IMG/VR virus record: IMGVR_UViG_3300027753_000065
Span: 1-30,445 of that record
Length of the DNA stretch: 30,445 bases
DNA from: a virus
Lineage: Duplodnaviria > Caudoviricetes
Strand: one strand, 5' to 3'
Part shown: positions 1 through 10,100 of the stretch, one piece after another
How the letters are laid out: each line of letters begins with the position of its first letter
Position numbering within the stretch: position 1 is the first letter of the stretch
Position numbers and translations under genes: made by a program
Notes under the pieces: generated by a model
Database searches by the model: none
The model's input: only the letters and a program-made list of their open reading frames with translations
What the model was told of the DNA's origin: nothing

Positions 1-2
1 TC

Positions 3-716
3 TTCGACTACAACCCGAGTGAGAGTGCATCCTGGTTGTATGAGCTGCCGATGGATGAAAGCATCATCATCAAGTCAACCTACAAAGACAACCCATTCCT
101 TCCCGAAAGCATCAAGCGACAAATTGAGGACCTCAAGCGCACCGATGAGTCGCTGTATCAAATCTATGCCCTCGGTGAGAAAGCAATCAGCAAGAGCAAC
201 ATCTATTCGAACTGGAGCTTTGTGAAGCATCGCCCGGCAAGGTTTGTGAACTTTGTATATGGCCTTGACTTTGGATACAATCACCCGACTGCCCTCATCA
301 GGGTCTACTACTGCGACAATGACATCTACATCGAGCCAGTCATCTATGAGAGCTACCTGACCACCACCAACCTCATCGATAGGCTCGGCAACCTCAATAT
401 CGAGAAGCACGTCACCATCGTGGCTGACTACGCACGGCCCGAGATTATAGCTGAGATGAATAACGCTGGCTATGATGTGCAGAACGCAAACAAGGTGGTC
501 AAGAAGGGCATCGACAACATCAAGACCTTCGGAGTAATCTGTGAGGATGACCCACGCATCAAGAAGGAATATGAGAACTACAAGTGGAAAAAGATTGGTG
601 ACTTCATCGATGATACACCCGTGAAGCTCTTCGATGATGCCATGGATGCCATCCGCTACGCTGCCACGCACATACGCCAGGAGTACTATACGGATGACTC
701 ATACTTCGCCTTCTAA
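3..716 (+). CDS. terL: Terminase large subunit, 3' part (5'-truncated by window edge; allele of 28457..29617)
   Basis: Nuclease-domain motifs GLDFGYNHP and DDAMDAIRYA; near-identical to the C-terminal half of the full copy. Confidence 0.93.
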   Translation, partial: FDYNPSESASWLYELPMDESIIIKSTYKDNPFLPESIKRQIEDLKRTDESLYQIYALGEKAISKSNIYSNWSFVKHRPARFVNFVYGLDFGYNHPTALIRVYYCDNDIYIEPVIYESYLTTTNLIDRLGNLNIEKHVTIVADYARPEIIAEMNNAGYDVQNANKVVKKGIDNIKTFGVICEDDPRIKKEYENYKWKKIGDFIDDTPVKLFDDAMDAIRYAATHIRQEYYTDDSYFAF

Positions 717-743
717 ACATTTGGCTCACTTTCTGCAATATAA
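716..743 (+). promoter_or_regulatory. Putative phage late promoter AACA-N14-TGCAATATAA
   Basis: Motif recurs at four independent loci, always 2-5 nt before an ATG. Here it is 2 nt before ATG 746. Confidence 0.7.
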
Positions 744-745
744 GC

Positions 746-1981
746 ATGGCATTTAGAACTCAGAAGATATCCCAGATGACTCCGAAGGGAGCCGACCTGG
801 AAGCAACCGACCTCATCGAGGTATCCACGCTGGAGAGTGGAAGCTACGTCACACGATCAATCACGGGTCAAGAACTCATCGACGCGATACCGTTACCGCC
901 GTCAGGCTTAACCATAGGCACTACACCGATTGCTTCGGGTACAATAGGACGTGTATTGTTTGAGGGTACGGGCAACGTGCTTCAGGAAAGTGCTAACTTG
1001 TTTTGGGATAATACGAATGGACGTTTGGGCATTGGTACTTCAAGTCCTTCTCAAACTTTTCAAGTTTATAGAAATACTTCAGCGGGTTACTTGGCATCCT
1101 TTAATAGTGGCGCAACGCTAAACACGAATGCAAGTTTAACAGTAAGAATTGAAAACGCTAATTTACCAAGTTTACAAGCACTAAATGCAGGTGCAGGAGC
1201 ATTTAACACTTTTGCTTTAAATCCTTTAGGCGGAAATATCCTCATAGGAACAACAACCGACGCAGGCTTCAAGTTAGACGTCAATGGTACTGCGAGGGTG
1301 CAGGATAATTTTACTATTGCCAAAACAACGGCTTCAGCTTTGACTGTTAATTTAACATCTTTAGTTGCACAAAATAATTTTCTAAATATCTTGAATGGTA
1401 CTGATGGTTTGTTGTTTACTTCTAGAGGAAATGCCACAACGGGTAGTATGGGACTTCCTGCAAATAGCGCAGAAATAACATCTTTTCAAAAAGCAGCTTT
1501 AGGTATTATTTTACATAACACGGCGTATTTAGCTATTGGAACAAATACAACCGAGCGAATGAGATTAGTTGGCTCAACGGGCAACGTCTTAATAGGCACC
1601 ACCACAGACGCGGGATACAAACTTGACGTTAATGGTACTGCTAGAATATCAGGTGCAGTAACTACAACAACTACAATTACTGCAGGTGGAAATATTCAAG
1701 GAACAAACTTAATCAGCACCGCAAATATGTGGTGTCAAAATATTTTATACGGAACTAATTTTTTCGTGTCATTAAATGGTTCGGCAATTTTTGGTGGAAC
1801 ATCGTCTAATGCATCAGCAATACTTCAAGCTGATTCAACAACCAAAGGCTTCCTACCCCCACGAATGACCACAACGCAACGCAACGCAATAGCTTCACCT
1901 GCCGCAGGATTGGTTGTCTACGATAACACGGACAATAAACACTACGGATACAACGGAACAACTTGGAACGCATTTTACTAA
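746..1981 (+). CDS. Modular tail fibre / receptor-binding protein (allele A)
   Basis: G/T/N/S-rich; contains LFWDNTNGRLGIGT, two GN(I/V)LIGTTTDAG(F/Y)KLDVNGTAR repeats, and a C-terminal STTKGFLPPRMTTTQRNAIASPAAGLVVYD motif typical of Bacteroidota phage fibres. Confidence 0.8.
   Translation: MAFRTQKISQMTPKGADLEATDLIEVSTLESGSYVTRSITGQELIDAIPLPPSGLTIGTTPIASGTIGRVLFEGTGNVLQESANLFWDNTNGRLGIGTSSPSQTFQVYRNTSAGYLASFNSGATLNTNASLTVRIENANLPSLQALNAGAGAFNTFALNPLGGNILIGTTTDAGFKLDVNGTARVQDNFTIAKTTASALTVNLTSLVAQNNFLNILNGTDGLLFTSRGNATTGSMGLPANSAEITSFQKAALGIILHNTAYLAIGTNTTERMRLVGSTGNVLIGTTTDAGYKLDVNGTARISGAVTTTTTITAGGNIQGTNLISTANMWCQNILYGTNFFVSLNGSAIFGGTSSNASAILQADSTTKGFLPPRMTTTQRNAIASPAAGLVVYDNTDNKHYGYNGTTWNAFY
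1232..1300 (+). repeat. Tail-fibre junction repeat 1 (GNILIGTTTDAGFKLDVNGTARV)
   Basis: 23-codon peptide repeated at 1580-1648, with a variant at 30268-30345. Confidence 0.9.
1580..1648 (+). repeat. Tail-fibre junction repeat 2 (GNVLIGTTTDAGYKLDVNGTARI)
   Basis: Same peptide as 1232-1300 with diverged codons. Confidence 0.9.
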
Positions 1982-1993
1982 TTAACTAAAAAT

Positions 1994-2263
1994 ATGACAA
2001 CACAACCAACACAAGGAGTAGCAATCGAGCCGATTGTCTACCCACTTAACGCAGGAACGGCAACGCAAATGTCCGTTTTAGTTCTTAACTTTACAACTGA
2101 AGCAACGACTTGCACAACGTACTGGCAGTTGCTAACTGAAGACGGACTCCAACTTTCGCAAGGTAACTACACCTTAACCGAAGATGAGTTCGCAGCTTGG
2201 GGTACTGACAACAACTACGTTAATCAGGTCGTTGCTCAAGCAATCGGAGTAACTTTAATTTAA
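1994..2263 (+). CDS. Small acidic protein, likely tail-fibre associated
   Basis: 89-aa ORF directly after the fibre gene with an A-rich start; function inferred from position only. Confidence 0.65.
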   Translation: MTTQPTQGVAIEPIVYPLNAGTATQMSVLVLNFTTEATTCTTYWQLLTEDGLQLSQGNYTLTEDEFAAWGTDNNYVNQVVAQAIGVTLI

Positions 2264-2267
2264 GATT

Positions 2268-2414
2268 ATGATTCAGCTGACTGAAGAGAATGTGAAGGCA
2301 TTGGTGGAATTCGCCAATGAATTGCCAACCAAGTATGGTCTGCCGTTATTGCAGTTCATAGAGAAACTCAAAGAGAATGGCTCAGACAACCATAGCGAGG
2401 CCGCAGACGTTTAG
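2268..2414 (+). CDS. Hypothetical 48-aa protein (MIQLTEENVKALVEFANELPTKYGLPLLQFIEKLKENG...), not in ORF track
   Basis: Read by hand from ATG 2268 to TAG 2412-2414; fills the gap and overlaps the next gene start. Confidence 0.75.
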   Translation: MIQLTEENVKALVEFANELPTKYGLPLLQFIEKLKENGSDNHSEAADV

Positions 2415-3861
2415 TCCGGCATACAACCCACTGAAGTTCATCATCGATTCCACCAACAAAAACTTGGCTGGCTTTCGATATATCTTTGATGTGTATGAGG
2501 CTGGCACTGCAACCAAGATTGCCGAGTACAAAGTGCTTCCAACATTCGGCACGGGCTATGGTGAGGAGGACTTATCCAAGCTGCTGCAGAGCAAAGTATC
2601 CTGGGACCTGAACACCGAGCTCACCTCAAGCTATGGCGCACCGAATTCATACTACAACTTTGACGTCAACATCGGTGAGGAGTATGTCACCGAGGTGGCC
2701 TACACGAGCAGCCTCACGAATGCAAGTGGCAGCGTACAGATAAACGTGGCAAACTCATTCGCACCAGGTGACCAAGTCATCATCACACAAGCTGATGCTG
2801 GAGTGGCCAACCCACAGCTCGAAGGACTGCACACCGTGGTCAGCGCAACGGGCTCAGTATTCGTGGTGAACGTCAACTGGTCCACGATCACTGACGCTAC
2901 AATCAATGGCTCGGTGAGCTACGCTGACAAGCGCAAGACCATCGTGCGTGATATCACTGAGCTGAATGGCAACAGTGTGTTCAACGGAGCCTTCAGATGG
3001 ATTGATTGGTCCGTATATGACAAAGATGACTTCAAGCTCAACGGAGTCACCAAGCAATGGTTGACCAATCAGCCGACAGCGAACTTCCACTGCACCCTGG
3101 GCCAAGACTTGTATCTCAATTTACAAAACCCAAAGGGCACTGACCGCATCATTTTTGACAACAGCAACGGTGCATCATTCTACAAGGTGCCAACATCAAG
3201 CGATGACATCCTCCAGGTGCCGGTTGGCCCAAACAACTATGGCATATTGGTTGGCACTGGTGACCTCATCGACAACAACACCGAGTGGTACGATGTGTAC
3301 TTCGGCAACGGCACCACACTGCCACTGCAAGATTCGGTCAAGTACAGAATCTATTTAGACCGTCGAGTGCTCATCTCAGAGTATCATGTGCTCTTCCTTG
3401 ACCGATTAGGTTCTTGGAGTTCATTCGCCTTCCAGCTGAAAAACTATGAGCGTGGAGAAATCAGCAGAGATATGTACAACAAGGATGTCACTGGCTATGT
3501 CAACGCATCAGATGAGTGGACCTACAAAACCGAGGAGTTTGGCTTCAACACATTCAACTTAAATCTCATCAAGAGAGTGGAGCTCAACACCAACTGGATG
3601 ACTCAGAACATGGCGACATACTTCGAGGAGCTGGTCACATCGCCACAGACTTTCCTCAAGATTGTCACCTACGTCACAACTGAAGATGGCATTCCGCTCA
3701 TCGATGAGGATGGTTGTCCGATACACATTCCTGAGTCCACAGCTTATCAGCCATGCATCGTGGAGAACAACGCATACGAGATGCTCAACCAACGCAATAA
3801 GAATCTGATGCGCCAATCAATCAGCGTGCGCCTCGCAAACCAGGACAACATAAATGGTTAG
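2377..3861 (+). CDS. Virion structural protein (tail/baseplate)
   Basis: 494 aa, beta-rich, in the tail block; PAYNP near the N-terminus and LFLDRLGSWSSFAF near the C-terminus. Confidence 0.7.
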   Translation: MAQTTIARPQTFSPAYNPLKFIIDSTNKNLAGFRYIFDVYEAGTATKIAEYKVLPTFGTGYGEEDLSKLLQSKVSWDLNTELTSSYGAPNSYYNFDVNIGEEYVTEVAYTSSLTNASGSVQINVANSFAPGDQVIITQADAGVANPQLEGLHTVVSATGSVFVVNVNWSTITDATINGSVSYADKRKTIVRDITELNGNSVFNGAFRWIDWSVYDKDDFKLNGVTKQWLTNQPTANFHCTLGQDLYLNLQNPKGTDRIIFDNSNGASFYKVPTSSDDILQVPVGPNNYGILVGTGDLIDNNTEWYDVYFGNGTTLPLQDSVKYRIYLDRRVLISEYHVLFLDRLGSWSSFAFQLKNYERGEISRDMYNKDVTGYVNASDEWTYKTEEFGFNTFNLNLIKRVELNTNWMTQNMATYFEELVTSPQTFLKIVTYVTTEDGIPLIDEDGCPIHIPESTAYQPCIVENNAYEMLNQRNKNLMRQSISVRLANQDNING

Positions 3862-6568
3862 AATACAACTTGAGAACGGATTCCTTGATGTAAAGGAGGG
3901 CACTGTCTTTCCTTTGAACTTTGCAGTCGGGGACATTCGTGACCTCACCAAGCGCAGCGGAGCGTTCTCCAAGACCATCACTTTGGTTGGTAGCAAGAAC
4001 AACAACGAGCTGCTCAACCACTACTATGATGTCAACATCCAGGCTGGCACCTTTGACATCAACGCACTGACCAAGTGCAGCGTCATTCAGAACAACGTGC
4101 CAATCATGGAGGATGCGCTGCTTCAGCTGCTCTCAGTCAACAAGAATCAGCAGACAGATGCGTATGAGCAAGCTGTCGAGTATGAGGTCCTCATCAAAGA
4201 TACGAGGGTCGAATTCTTTACAGCGATAGCCAACCAGGAACTCACTGCTCTGGACTTCACTGACCTCAACCACATCTTCACATCGGCTGACATTGTGGCC
4301 ACATTTGACAACACTGTCGCTGATGGCTTCAAGTATGTGCTGCCGTATGATTCTGACAACATATACAACGTGCGTCAGATGAAGCCAGCCATCTATGCGA
4401 AAACTTACCTTGATCGTATCTTCTCGAATGCTGGCTTTCAATACGAGTGGAGTGACCTGGCTGCTGCTCGCTTTGATAAGCTGCTCATCCCATACAATGG
4501 AGATAGCAACACATTTGACACAGCTGACTATTTGGTGGAGGCAACCATCAATGGCATTCAGCAAGAGACACTCACAAACTCATTCGGCTCTTATGACAAC
4601 GTCACCGGATGGACTGAAATCACTGACGTGCAAGGCTCATTCAATCCGAGCACTGGAGTCTACACCGTGCCAATCACCACGAGCTCGGCAGCTGGTGAAG
4701 GATACACCGTGGAGTATGAGGTCAATTATGAGTTCTATGTTGACAACACCAACAGCGTGAATGTGTACAATATGTACAATGGATATTCTGCAAGGCCGAG
4801 AATAGCTGTGAGCGTGGAAGGATATCAAGACCAGGTATCAAATGTGGCACCATTCCAAAACATTGCCAATCAATTCACACTTGCTCCAGGTATACACAAC
4901 TTCTCACCAGCAGCAGCAGGCATCAAAACGGGTGGAGTAATTGCAATGCAGAACGCATCTGGCTCTCAACAGATTCTTGCTGCCGATGATATCAAGATTC
5001 AAATCGGAGTACAGCAGACATTCACTGCATGGTTCACGAATACAGTATTCCCATACACACCAGCACCTGACCCAGTATACTCAGTATTCAAGGTCAACAG
5101 CCTGAGAGTGCGCATCCTTCCAACTGCCAACATCCAAGTGATTGGTGGTATCCTGGACATCAACCAATATGTGCCGCTCAAAATCAAGCAGAGCGACTTT
5201 GTGAAGTCCATCTTCCAGATGTACAATCTCTTCGCTGACACCGATGTGGACCAACCCAACAACATTGTCCTTCGCCACCGTGATGAATACTATGACAGCG
5301 GAGCAGAGAAGGATTGGTCTGAGAAACTCATGAAGGACCGGGAGCAGAATCTCATATTCCTTCCAGACCTATCAGCCAAGAAACTCAAGCTAACATACAA
5401 GGCCGACACTGACTCACCCAATGTTGTATACACACAGATGACCGATGAGATTTATGGGCAGCTTGAGTACACCTTTGACAATGAGTATGTGAAGGACACC
5501 GATACCAAGGAACTCATCTTCTCACCGACTCCAGTGGTTGCCACTTCATTCGATGCTTATGTGCCATCACTGAATGGTGAGGCACCCAAGACCAACATCC
5601 GCATCTTATATGATGGTGGCGAGCAGACTTGCGGCACCTGGGACTTGATTGAGTACGGCACCACGGGCACACTCGGACTGACAACCTATCCGATGATTGG
5701 CCACTTTGATGATGCGCTCACGCCAACCTTCGATATCAACTTCGCAACGTGCGATTATTATTTTTACACACCGAGCACACTGACTGCCAACAACCTCTAC
5801 AATCTGTACTGGCGCAGAACAGTCAACCAGATAAATGTAGGCAAGATGTTGGTGGCTTACTTCCATTTGACCGAGGCAGATATCCAAACGCTGAAGCTCA
5901 ATGACAAAATCCGAATCGACAACTCATGGTGGAACATCAACAAGGTCATCGACTATGATGCCAATGCAGAGGTGCCAACCAAGGTGGAGCTCATCAGCAT
6001 CGACAGCGAGATTGAGCTTGCTCCATTCGTAACGAATCCGGGCACACCCACATCACCACCAATCACAGCGACAACTCATTCCACCAATTTAGTCACACGA
6101 TCAACAGAGGCAAATGTCAACCTATCAGGTGATGACGTCATCGTGCGTGGTGAGGGCAACAACATCGGTGATGGTCTCAGAGGCGTGGTCATCGGTGACA
6201 ACAGAACACTCCAGGAGGATGGTATCATCACACCACGCATCAACGGAGCTGCTGCTGTGGGTCAAACTTATGTGGCCTTACTAACGCAGAGCGGCACTGC
6301 TGCACCAAGCGCAGTGGTATTGGCTGATAACATCGGAGCAATCACCTGGAGTCGTACAGCAGTTGGTGAATACAAAGGAACACCGACCACACCATTCGAC
6401 TCTCTAAACACTTTCGTGATTATTGGCAATGTAGAGCATGACTATCAAGCTTCTGCCTACGTCAACAGCGATGGTGACATCGTGGTCATAACGTGCCGAA
6501 ATAGTGGTCACCAGCATGATGATTCAAAATTATTAAACTCACCTCTCGAAGTCCGCATATATGAGTAA
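3854..6568 (+). CDS. Large virion structural protein (tail tip/hub-like)
   Basis: 904 aa; N-terminal DIRDLTKRSGAFSKTITL, late LKLNDKIRIDNSWWNINKVIDY and an appended C-terminal domain; adjacent to the tape-measure-like gene. Confidence 0.7.
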   Translation: MVRIQLENGFLDVKEGTVFPLNFAVGDIRDLTKRSGAFSKTITLVGSKNNNELLNHYYDVNIQAGTFDINALTKCSVIQNNVPIMEDALLQLLSVNKNQQTDAYEQAVEYEVLIKDTRVEFFTAIANQELTALDFTDLNHIFTSADIVATFDNTVADGFKYVLPYDSDNIYNVRQMKPAIYAKTYLDRIFSNAGFQYEWSDLAAARFDKLLIPYNGDSNTFDTADYLVEATINGIQQETLTNSFGSYDNVTGWTEITDVQGSFNPSTGVYTVPITTSSAAGEGYTVEYEVNYEFYVDNTNSVNVYNMYNGYSARPRIAVSVEGYQDQVSNVAPFQNIANQFTLAPGIHNFSPAAAGIKTGGVIAMQNASGSQQILAADDIKIQIGVQQTFTAWFTNTVFPYTPAPDPVYSVFKVNSLRVRILPTANIQVIGGILDINQYVPLKIKQSDFVKSIFQMYNLFADTDVDQPNNIVLRHRDEYYDSGAEKDWSEKLMKDREQNLIFLPDLSAKKLKLTYKADTDSPNVVYTQMTDEIYGQLEYTFDNEYVKDTDTKELIFSPTPVVATSFDAYVPSLNGEAPKTNIRILYDGGEQTCGTWDLIEYGTTGTLGLTTYPMIGHFDDALTPTFDINFATCDYYFYTPSTLTANNLYNLYWRRTVNQINVGKMLVAYFHLTEADIQTLKLNDKIRIDNSWWNINKVIDYDANAEVPTKVELISIDSEIELAPFVTNPGTPTSPPITATTHSTNLVTRSTEANVNLSGDDVIVRGEGNNIGDGLRGVVIGDNRTLQEDGIITPRINGAAAVGQTYVALLTQSGTAAPSAVVLADNIGAITWSRTAVGEYKGTPTTPFDSLNTFVIIGNVEHDYQASAYVNSDGDIVVITCRNSGHQHDDSKLLNSPLEVRIYE

Positions 6569-8480
6569 TGAAATAGAAATTCCTCTCAAGCTCTCCGGTG
6601 TTCAATCACTGAAGGCAGAGCTCCGCTCACTCAAGGCAGCCATTGCTGAAGCATCTGACCCAGAGCAAATGGCCGCACTCGCTGCCCAAGCTGGTAAGGT
6701 AGCGGATAGAATAAAGGATGCCAATGATGCTGTGAATGTGTTCGCCTCAGGGTCAAAATTCGAGCAGATAAAAAACTCATTTGGCGGCATCCAGGACTCA
6801 TTGATGTCACTCGACTTTGAAGAGGCATCTGATAAGGCAAAAGTATTCGCCAAGAATCTTGGTGGTCTTAATGCTGGCGATATAAGCAAATCACTGAAGG
6901 GCCTCACGAGCACTGTCACCACTATGGGTGGCGCATTCGTTAAGCTTGGATTGCAGATTCTTGCGAATCCAATTTTCTTATTGGTCGCAGTCATCACAGC
7001 TATTGTGGTCGGCATCGGAATCTTCCTCAATAAGATTGGTGTGCTCCAGAAAGCCATTGACTTCTTGATGGCCCCAATCAATTTGCTCATCGATTCATTC
7101 AAGGAGCTGACCGATTGGCTCGGGCTCACAAGCTATGCAGCAGAGGAGAACGCTCGCAAGATGGAGAAAGCCAATGAGAAGGCATTCAAGTCATCTGAGA
7201 AGCGAGTGGCTGCTATCTCTGACTCATACGATATCGAGATTGCCAAGGCCAAGGCAGCTGGTAAGGATACCACTGACCTCGAGCTCAAGAAATCAAAATC
7301 CATCAGCGATGCTGCAAAGAAAAGACTTGGAGATGCTCGTAAGGAATATGCTGAACTCAAAGGTCTGTCAGACAAGGACAGCATCGAGAGACGCAAGGCC
7401 CTAAAAAAGCGAATCGAGGAAGAGAATAAAATTGTCAAGGATGGCTCCAAGGAGCGCAAGCTTATTCAGATTGCTGATGACGCAGAGGAGAAAGCGGCTG
7501 AAGATAAGAAAGCAGAGGAAGCCAAAGCCAAAGCGTCAGAGAATGCCAAAGCATATGCAGCTGGAAGGGCAGCAATTCAAAAAGAAATTGCAGCAGCCAA
7601 CAAGCTGGTGGTTGACTCCACAAAAACTCAATCGCAAAAAGAGATTGATGATACCAAAACAAAGTACGCTGCACTAATTGCAGAGGCTAAAAAATACAAG
7701 CAAGATGTCACTGCTCTTGAGGCTGCCCGTGATTTAGAAATAAACACCATCAGGCAAGAATCTGCAAACGAATTTGTAAAGCTCGAGACCAAAAAATCAA
7801 CTGATATTGTCAAGGGATTGGTTGACACCAAAACCAAAGAGCTTCAGATTCAGGGTGAGGGCAACATGAAAGCATTCGGTGAGCAGCAAGCAGCGGATGC
7901 TAAAGTCATCGCAGCAGCAGCAGCAGTCGAAGAGCAGAAGCGAGCGATTCAGCAGCAAGGTCTTGAGGTCGCTGCTCAAGGTATCAACTTAATCAAGGGC
8001 CTATTCGAGAAGTCCAAAGGCGTGCAGAAGGCAGCAGTCATCGCTGAGTCAGCCATCGGTATTGCCAAGATGATAATTGCCAACAAGGCAGCGAATGTCG
8101 GAGCATTGGCAACACCTCAAGCAATCGCCACATCAGGTGCAGCAGCAGCTCCAGTCATTGCGCTCAACAATATCTCCACAGCAATCGGTATCGCTGGTAA
8201 CATTGCAGCGACAGCCAAGGCATTGCAGTCATTAGGTGGTGGTGCAGCCCCAACAGCCCCATCAGTTGGTGGTGGTGGTGGTTCAGCTGGAGGAAACTCA
8301 GCCGTGCCAGCATTCACACCTGGTAACCTATTCGGCCAAGGCAACGCAGCCAACAACGTAGGTTCTCCGAATGGCATGGAGTCAGGTCAGAATATAATGG
8401 TCACAGCTGTGGTCAGTGAGACCGAGATGACAGCCACACAAAGTAAGGTCAACAAAATCATGAAAAATTCAGTACTATGA
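6561..8480 (+). CDS. Tape-measure-like protein
   Basis: 639 aa, Ala/Lys/Glu-rich and helical, with a hydrophobic segment (ANPIFLLVAVITAIVVGIGIFL) and a Gly/Ala-rich C-terminus. Confidence 0.75.
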   Translation: MSNEIEIPLKLSGVQSLKAELRSLKAAIAEASDPEQMAALAAQAGKVADRIKDANDAVNVFASGSKFEQIKNSFGGIQDSLMSLDFEEASDKAKVFAKNLGGLNAGDISKSLKGLTSTVTTMGGAFVKLGLQILANPIFLLVAVITAIVVGIGIFLNKIGVLQKAIDFLMAPINLLIDSFKELTDWLGLTSYAAEENARKMEKANEKAFKSSEKRVAAISDSYDIEIAKAKAAGKDTTDLELKKSKSISDAAKKRLGDARKEYAELKGLSDKDSIERRKALKKRIEEENKIVKDGSKERKLIQIADDAEEKAAEDKKAEEAKAKASENAKAYAAGRAAIQKEIAAANKLVVDSTKTQSQKEIDDTKTKYAALIAEAKKYKQDVTALEAARDLEINTIRQESANEFVKLETKKSTDIVKGLVDTKTKELQIQGEGNMKAFGEQQAADAKVIAAAAAVEEQKRAIQQQGLEVAAQGINLIKGLFEKSKGVQKAAVIAESAIGIAKMIIANKAANVGALATPQAIATSGAAAAPVIALNNISTAIGIAGNIAATAKALQSLGGGAAPTAPSVGGGGGSAGGNSAVPAFTPGNLFGQGNAANNVGSPNGMESGQNIMVTAVVSETEMTATQSKVNKIMKNSVL

Positions 8481-8926
8481 TAAGCTATCAAGCACTCATC
8501 AACGAAATCATCGCATTCTATGATGCACACCTCCAGGTGAAAAAGGTTGGCTCTGACTTCAAGGAGCAGCTCTTCAACTTCGCCACCAAGGATGAGAAGT
8601 ATCCGATTGTTTACATCGTGCCAATCGATGCGATTCCAACGGACAACACCAATGATTTCACCCTGGAGATTTATTGCTTTGATATCATCCAGAAGGACCG
8701 TGCAAACATCAACGTCATCTTGAGTGACTGCCATCAGATTCTCATGGACTTGTATTTAAACTACACTTTCAATCTTGATGATCGTGACTTTGATGTGGTC
8801 GGCTTACCAGCTCTCGTGCCACTCAACAATGACCTCCTCGACTATGCTGCTGGATGGTTGATGACCATAACATTCACCATGGATTCATGGACCGATTGTC
8901 AGATTCCTAAACAAATTGCAGACTGA
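8477..8926 (+). CDS. Putative tail terminator / completion protein
   Basis: 149-aa acidic protein (YPIVYIVP...FTLEIYCFD...AGWLMTITF); size and pattern fit tail terminators; assignment is inference. Confidence 0.55.
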   Translation: MISYQALINEIIAFYDAHLQVKKVGSDFKEQLFNFATKDEKYPIVYIVPIDAIPTDNTNDFTLEIYCFDIIQKDRANINVILSDCHQILMDLYLNYTFNLDDRDFDVVGLPALVPLNNDLLDYAAGWLMTITFTMDSWTDCQIPKQIAD

Positions 8927-8937
8927 TTGCAATATAA
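8910..8937 (+). promoter_or_regulatory. Putative phage late promoter AACA-N14-TGCAATATAA
   Basis: Exact motif, 3 nt before ATG 8941. Confidence 0.7.
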
Positions 8938-8940
8938 GTA

Positions 8941-9366
8941 ATGGCAAGATATAAAAACACCGGTGAATACAACTACAAGTATCCCCTCAGAAGGAGAGTC
9001 GCCAACACACTCAAGAAAGTCATCAAGGATGAAGCACTCATCGACACATACACGCTGTATGATTCTGTGCGTATCAATGCCAAGGTGACAACCGAGGGCA
9101 ACATCCGCATCGAAATCCTTGCCGCCTATTATTTTGGGTATCTAAACAACGGCACCGAGAGCATTGCGCCATTCAGATTGGTCAGAAAATTCAATGATGC
9201 ACTCGAGATGAATGGATTGATTGGTGAAATGTATGGAATGTATGTGGCTGATTTGGCTCAGAGATTCCCAATCCTGGAGCTTGGCAATTTATTGCGCAGA
9301 AAGCCCAAGGTGATTTATGACTTTGTGCCGCTATACGGAGATTTCAACTACGCACTGGACTATTAA
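8941..9366 (+). CDS. Putative neck / tail-completion protein
   Basis: 141 aa with a basic N-terminus; IDTYTLYDSVR and YYFGYLNNGT resemble the DTG.L..SI / Y..Y...GT pattern of HK97 gp10-like proteins. Confidence 0.5.
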   Translation: MARYKNTGEYNYKYPLRRRVANTLKKVIKDEALIDTYTLYDSVRINAKVTTEGNIRIEILAAYYFGYLNNGTESIAPFRLVRKFNDALEMNGLIGEMYGMYVADLAQRFPILELGNLLRRKPKVIYDFVPLYGDFNYALDY

Positions 9367-10100
9367 ATCTCCAGCTCCTTTCGCATCGCCAAGAAATTAA
9401 ACACAAGCACGAGCTTCATGTTTATCACCTGGTCATATTTGGTCAGGTCACCATTGCACATGGACCAGATAAGCTGCTCCCATCCCCACTTCTGCGATGA
9501 CTTCTCACGCTCCGCTTCCTTCTTTTCCTCCGGGTCAGTGATGTCATTGACATCTTCACCCACTTGCTCGCTCATTAGATTCTTGTGGCTGGTGATGAAG
9601 CTATCACGGAACTTGATATACTCGGTAAGTACCCCATACATCTTGGTGATTGGTTGGTCGAGGAAGTAATGCACCCGACTTGAGGTCTTGAAATCAGTTG
9701 ACTCCCATTTTGCAACCACATTGTCCTCCACAATTTCAGGGATTCGATACAGCAGAGCGCAGATGTTGGGCAGATACTGAAGGTAGTCAGTGGTGAAGTA
9801 GTGCTCCAGGTCGATGAATTCACCGAGAGTCAGGTCAGTCATTGGCTTGAGATAGAACTTTCCTATCCTATCTGTGTACAATTTGCTCGGCTCAGTGTAG
9901 AGCCACGGCAGCTCCTTGAAGATTTCGCCCACATCTGCGATGTCGATGTCATCGAAGTCATCAGGTAGCCCATCAGTGAGCGTACAGAGGATATCGATGT
10001 TGTGGTTGAATACACCATCCTCACCTTTCAGTTGTCTCAGTTCAATGAACTGCTCAAGACTGACTTGATTCCACCCCTTGGGTAGTGTTGGCTTGGGCAT
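9363..10100 (-). CDS. Hypothetical protein, possible tail assembly chaperone (paralog of 10054..10602)
   Basis: 245 aa, fills an otherwise empty region; LPKGWNQVSLEQFIEL, DLTLGEFIDLE and WGWEQLIWSMCNGDLTKYDQV. Confidence 0.75.
   Translation of the reverse strand: MPKPTLPKGWNQVSLEQFIELRQLKGEDGVFNHNIDILCTLTDGLPDDFDDIDIADVGEIFKELPWLYTEPSKLYTDRIGKFYLKPMTDLTLGEFIDLEHYFTTDYLQYLPNICALLYRIPEIVEDNVVAKWESTDFKTSSRVHYFLDQPITKMYGVLTEYIKFRDSFITSHKNLMSEQVGEDVNDITDPEEKKEAEREKSSQKWGWEQLIWSMCNGDLTKYDQVINMKLVLVFNFLAMRKELEI

Larger units (their letters stand above)
1..1400. repeat. Left copy of imperfect terminal direct repeat
   Basis: Position 1 aligns to 28902 (118 nt exact match, then scattered mostly synonymous changes). 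Positions 1274-1400 are identical to 30319-30445. Confidence 0.97.

Noticed and set aside
75-671. Long minus-strand ORFs opposite terL and other genes (e.g. 6602..7129, 10605..11141, 21695..22378, 29117..29572)
   Set aside because: Antisense shadows of well-supported plus-strand genes with biased codon usage; no recognisable motifs or start context.
746-1981. Diversity-generating retroelement or invertase shufflon acting on the fibre
   Set aside because: No reverse transcriptase or recombinase is present; allele differences are not adenine-specific and the repeats are direct, not inverted.
8236-8295. GGT triplet runs
   Set aside because: They encode a Gly-rich linker in the tape-measure-like protein.
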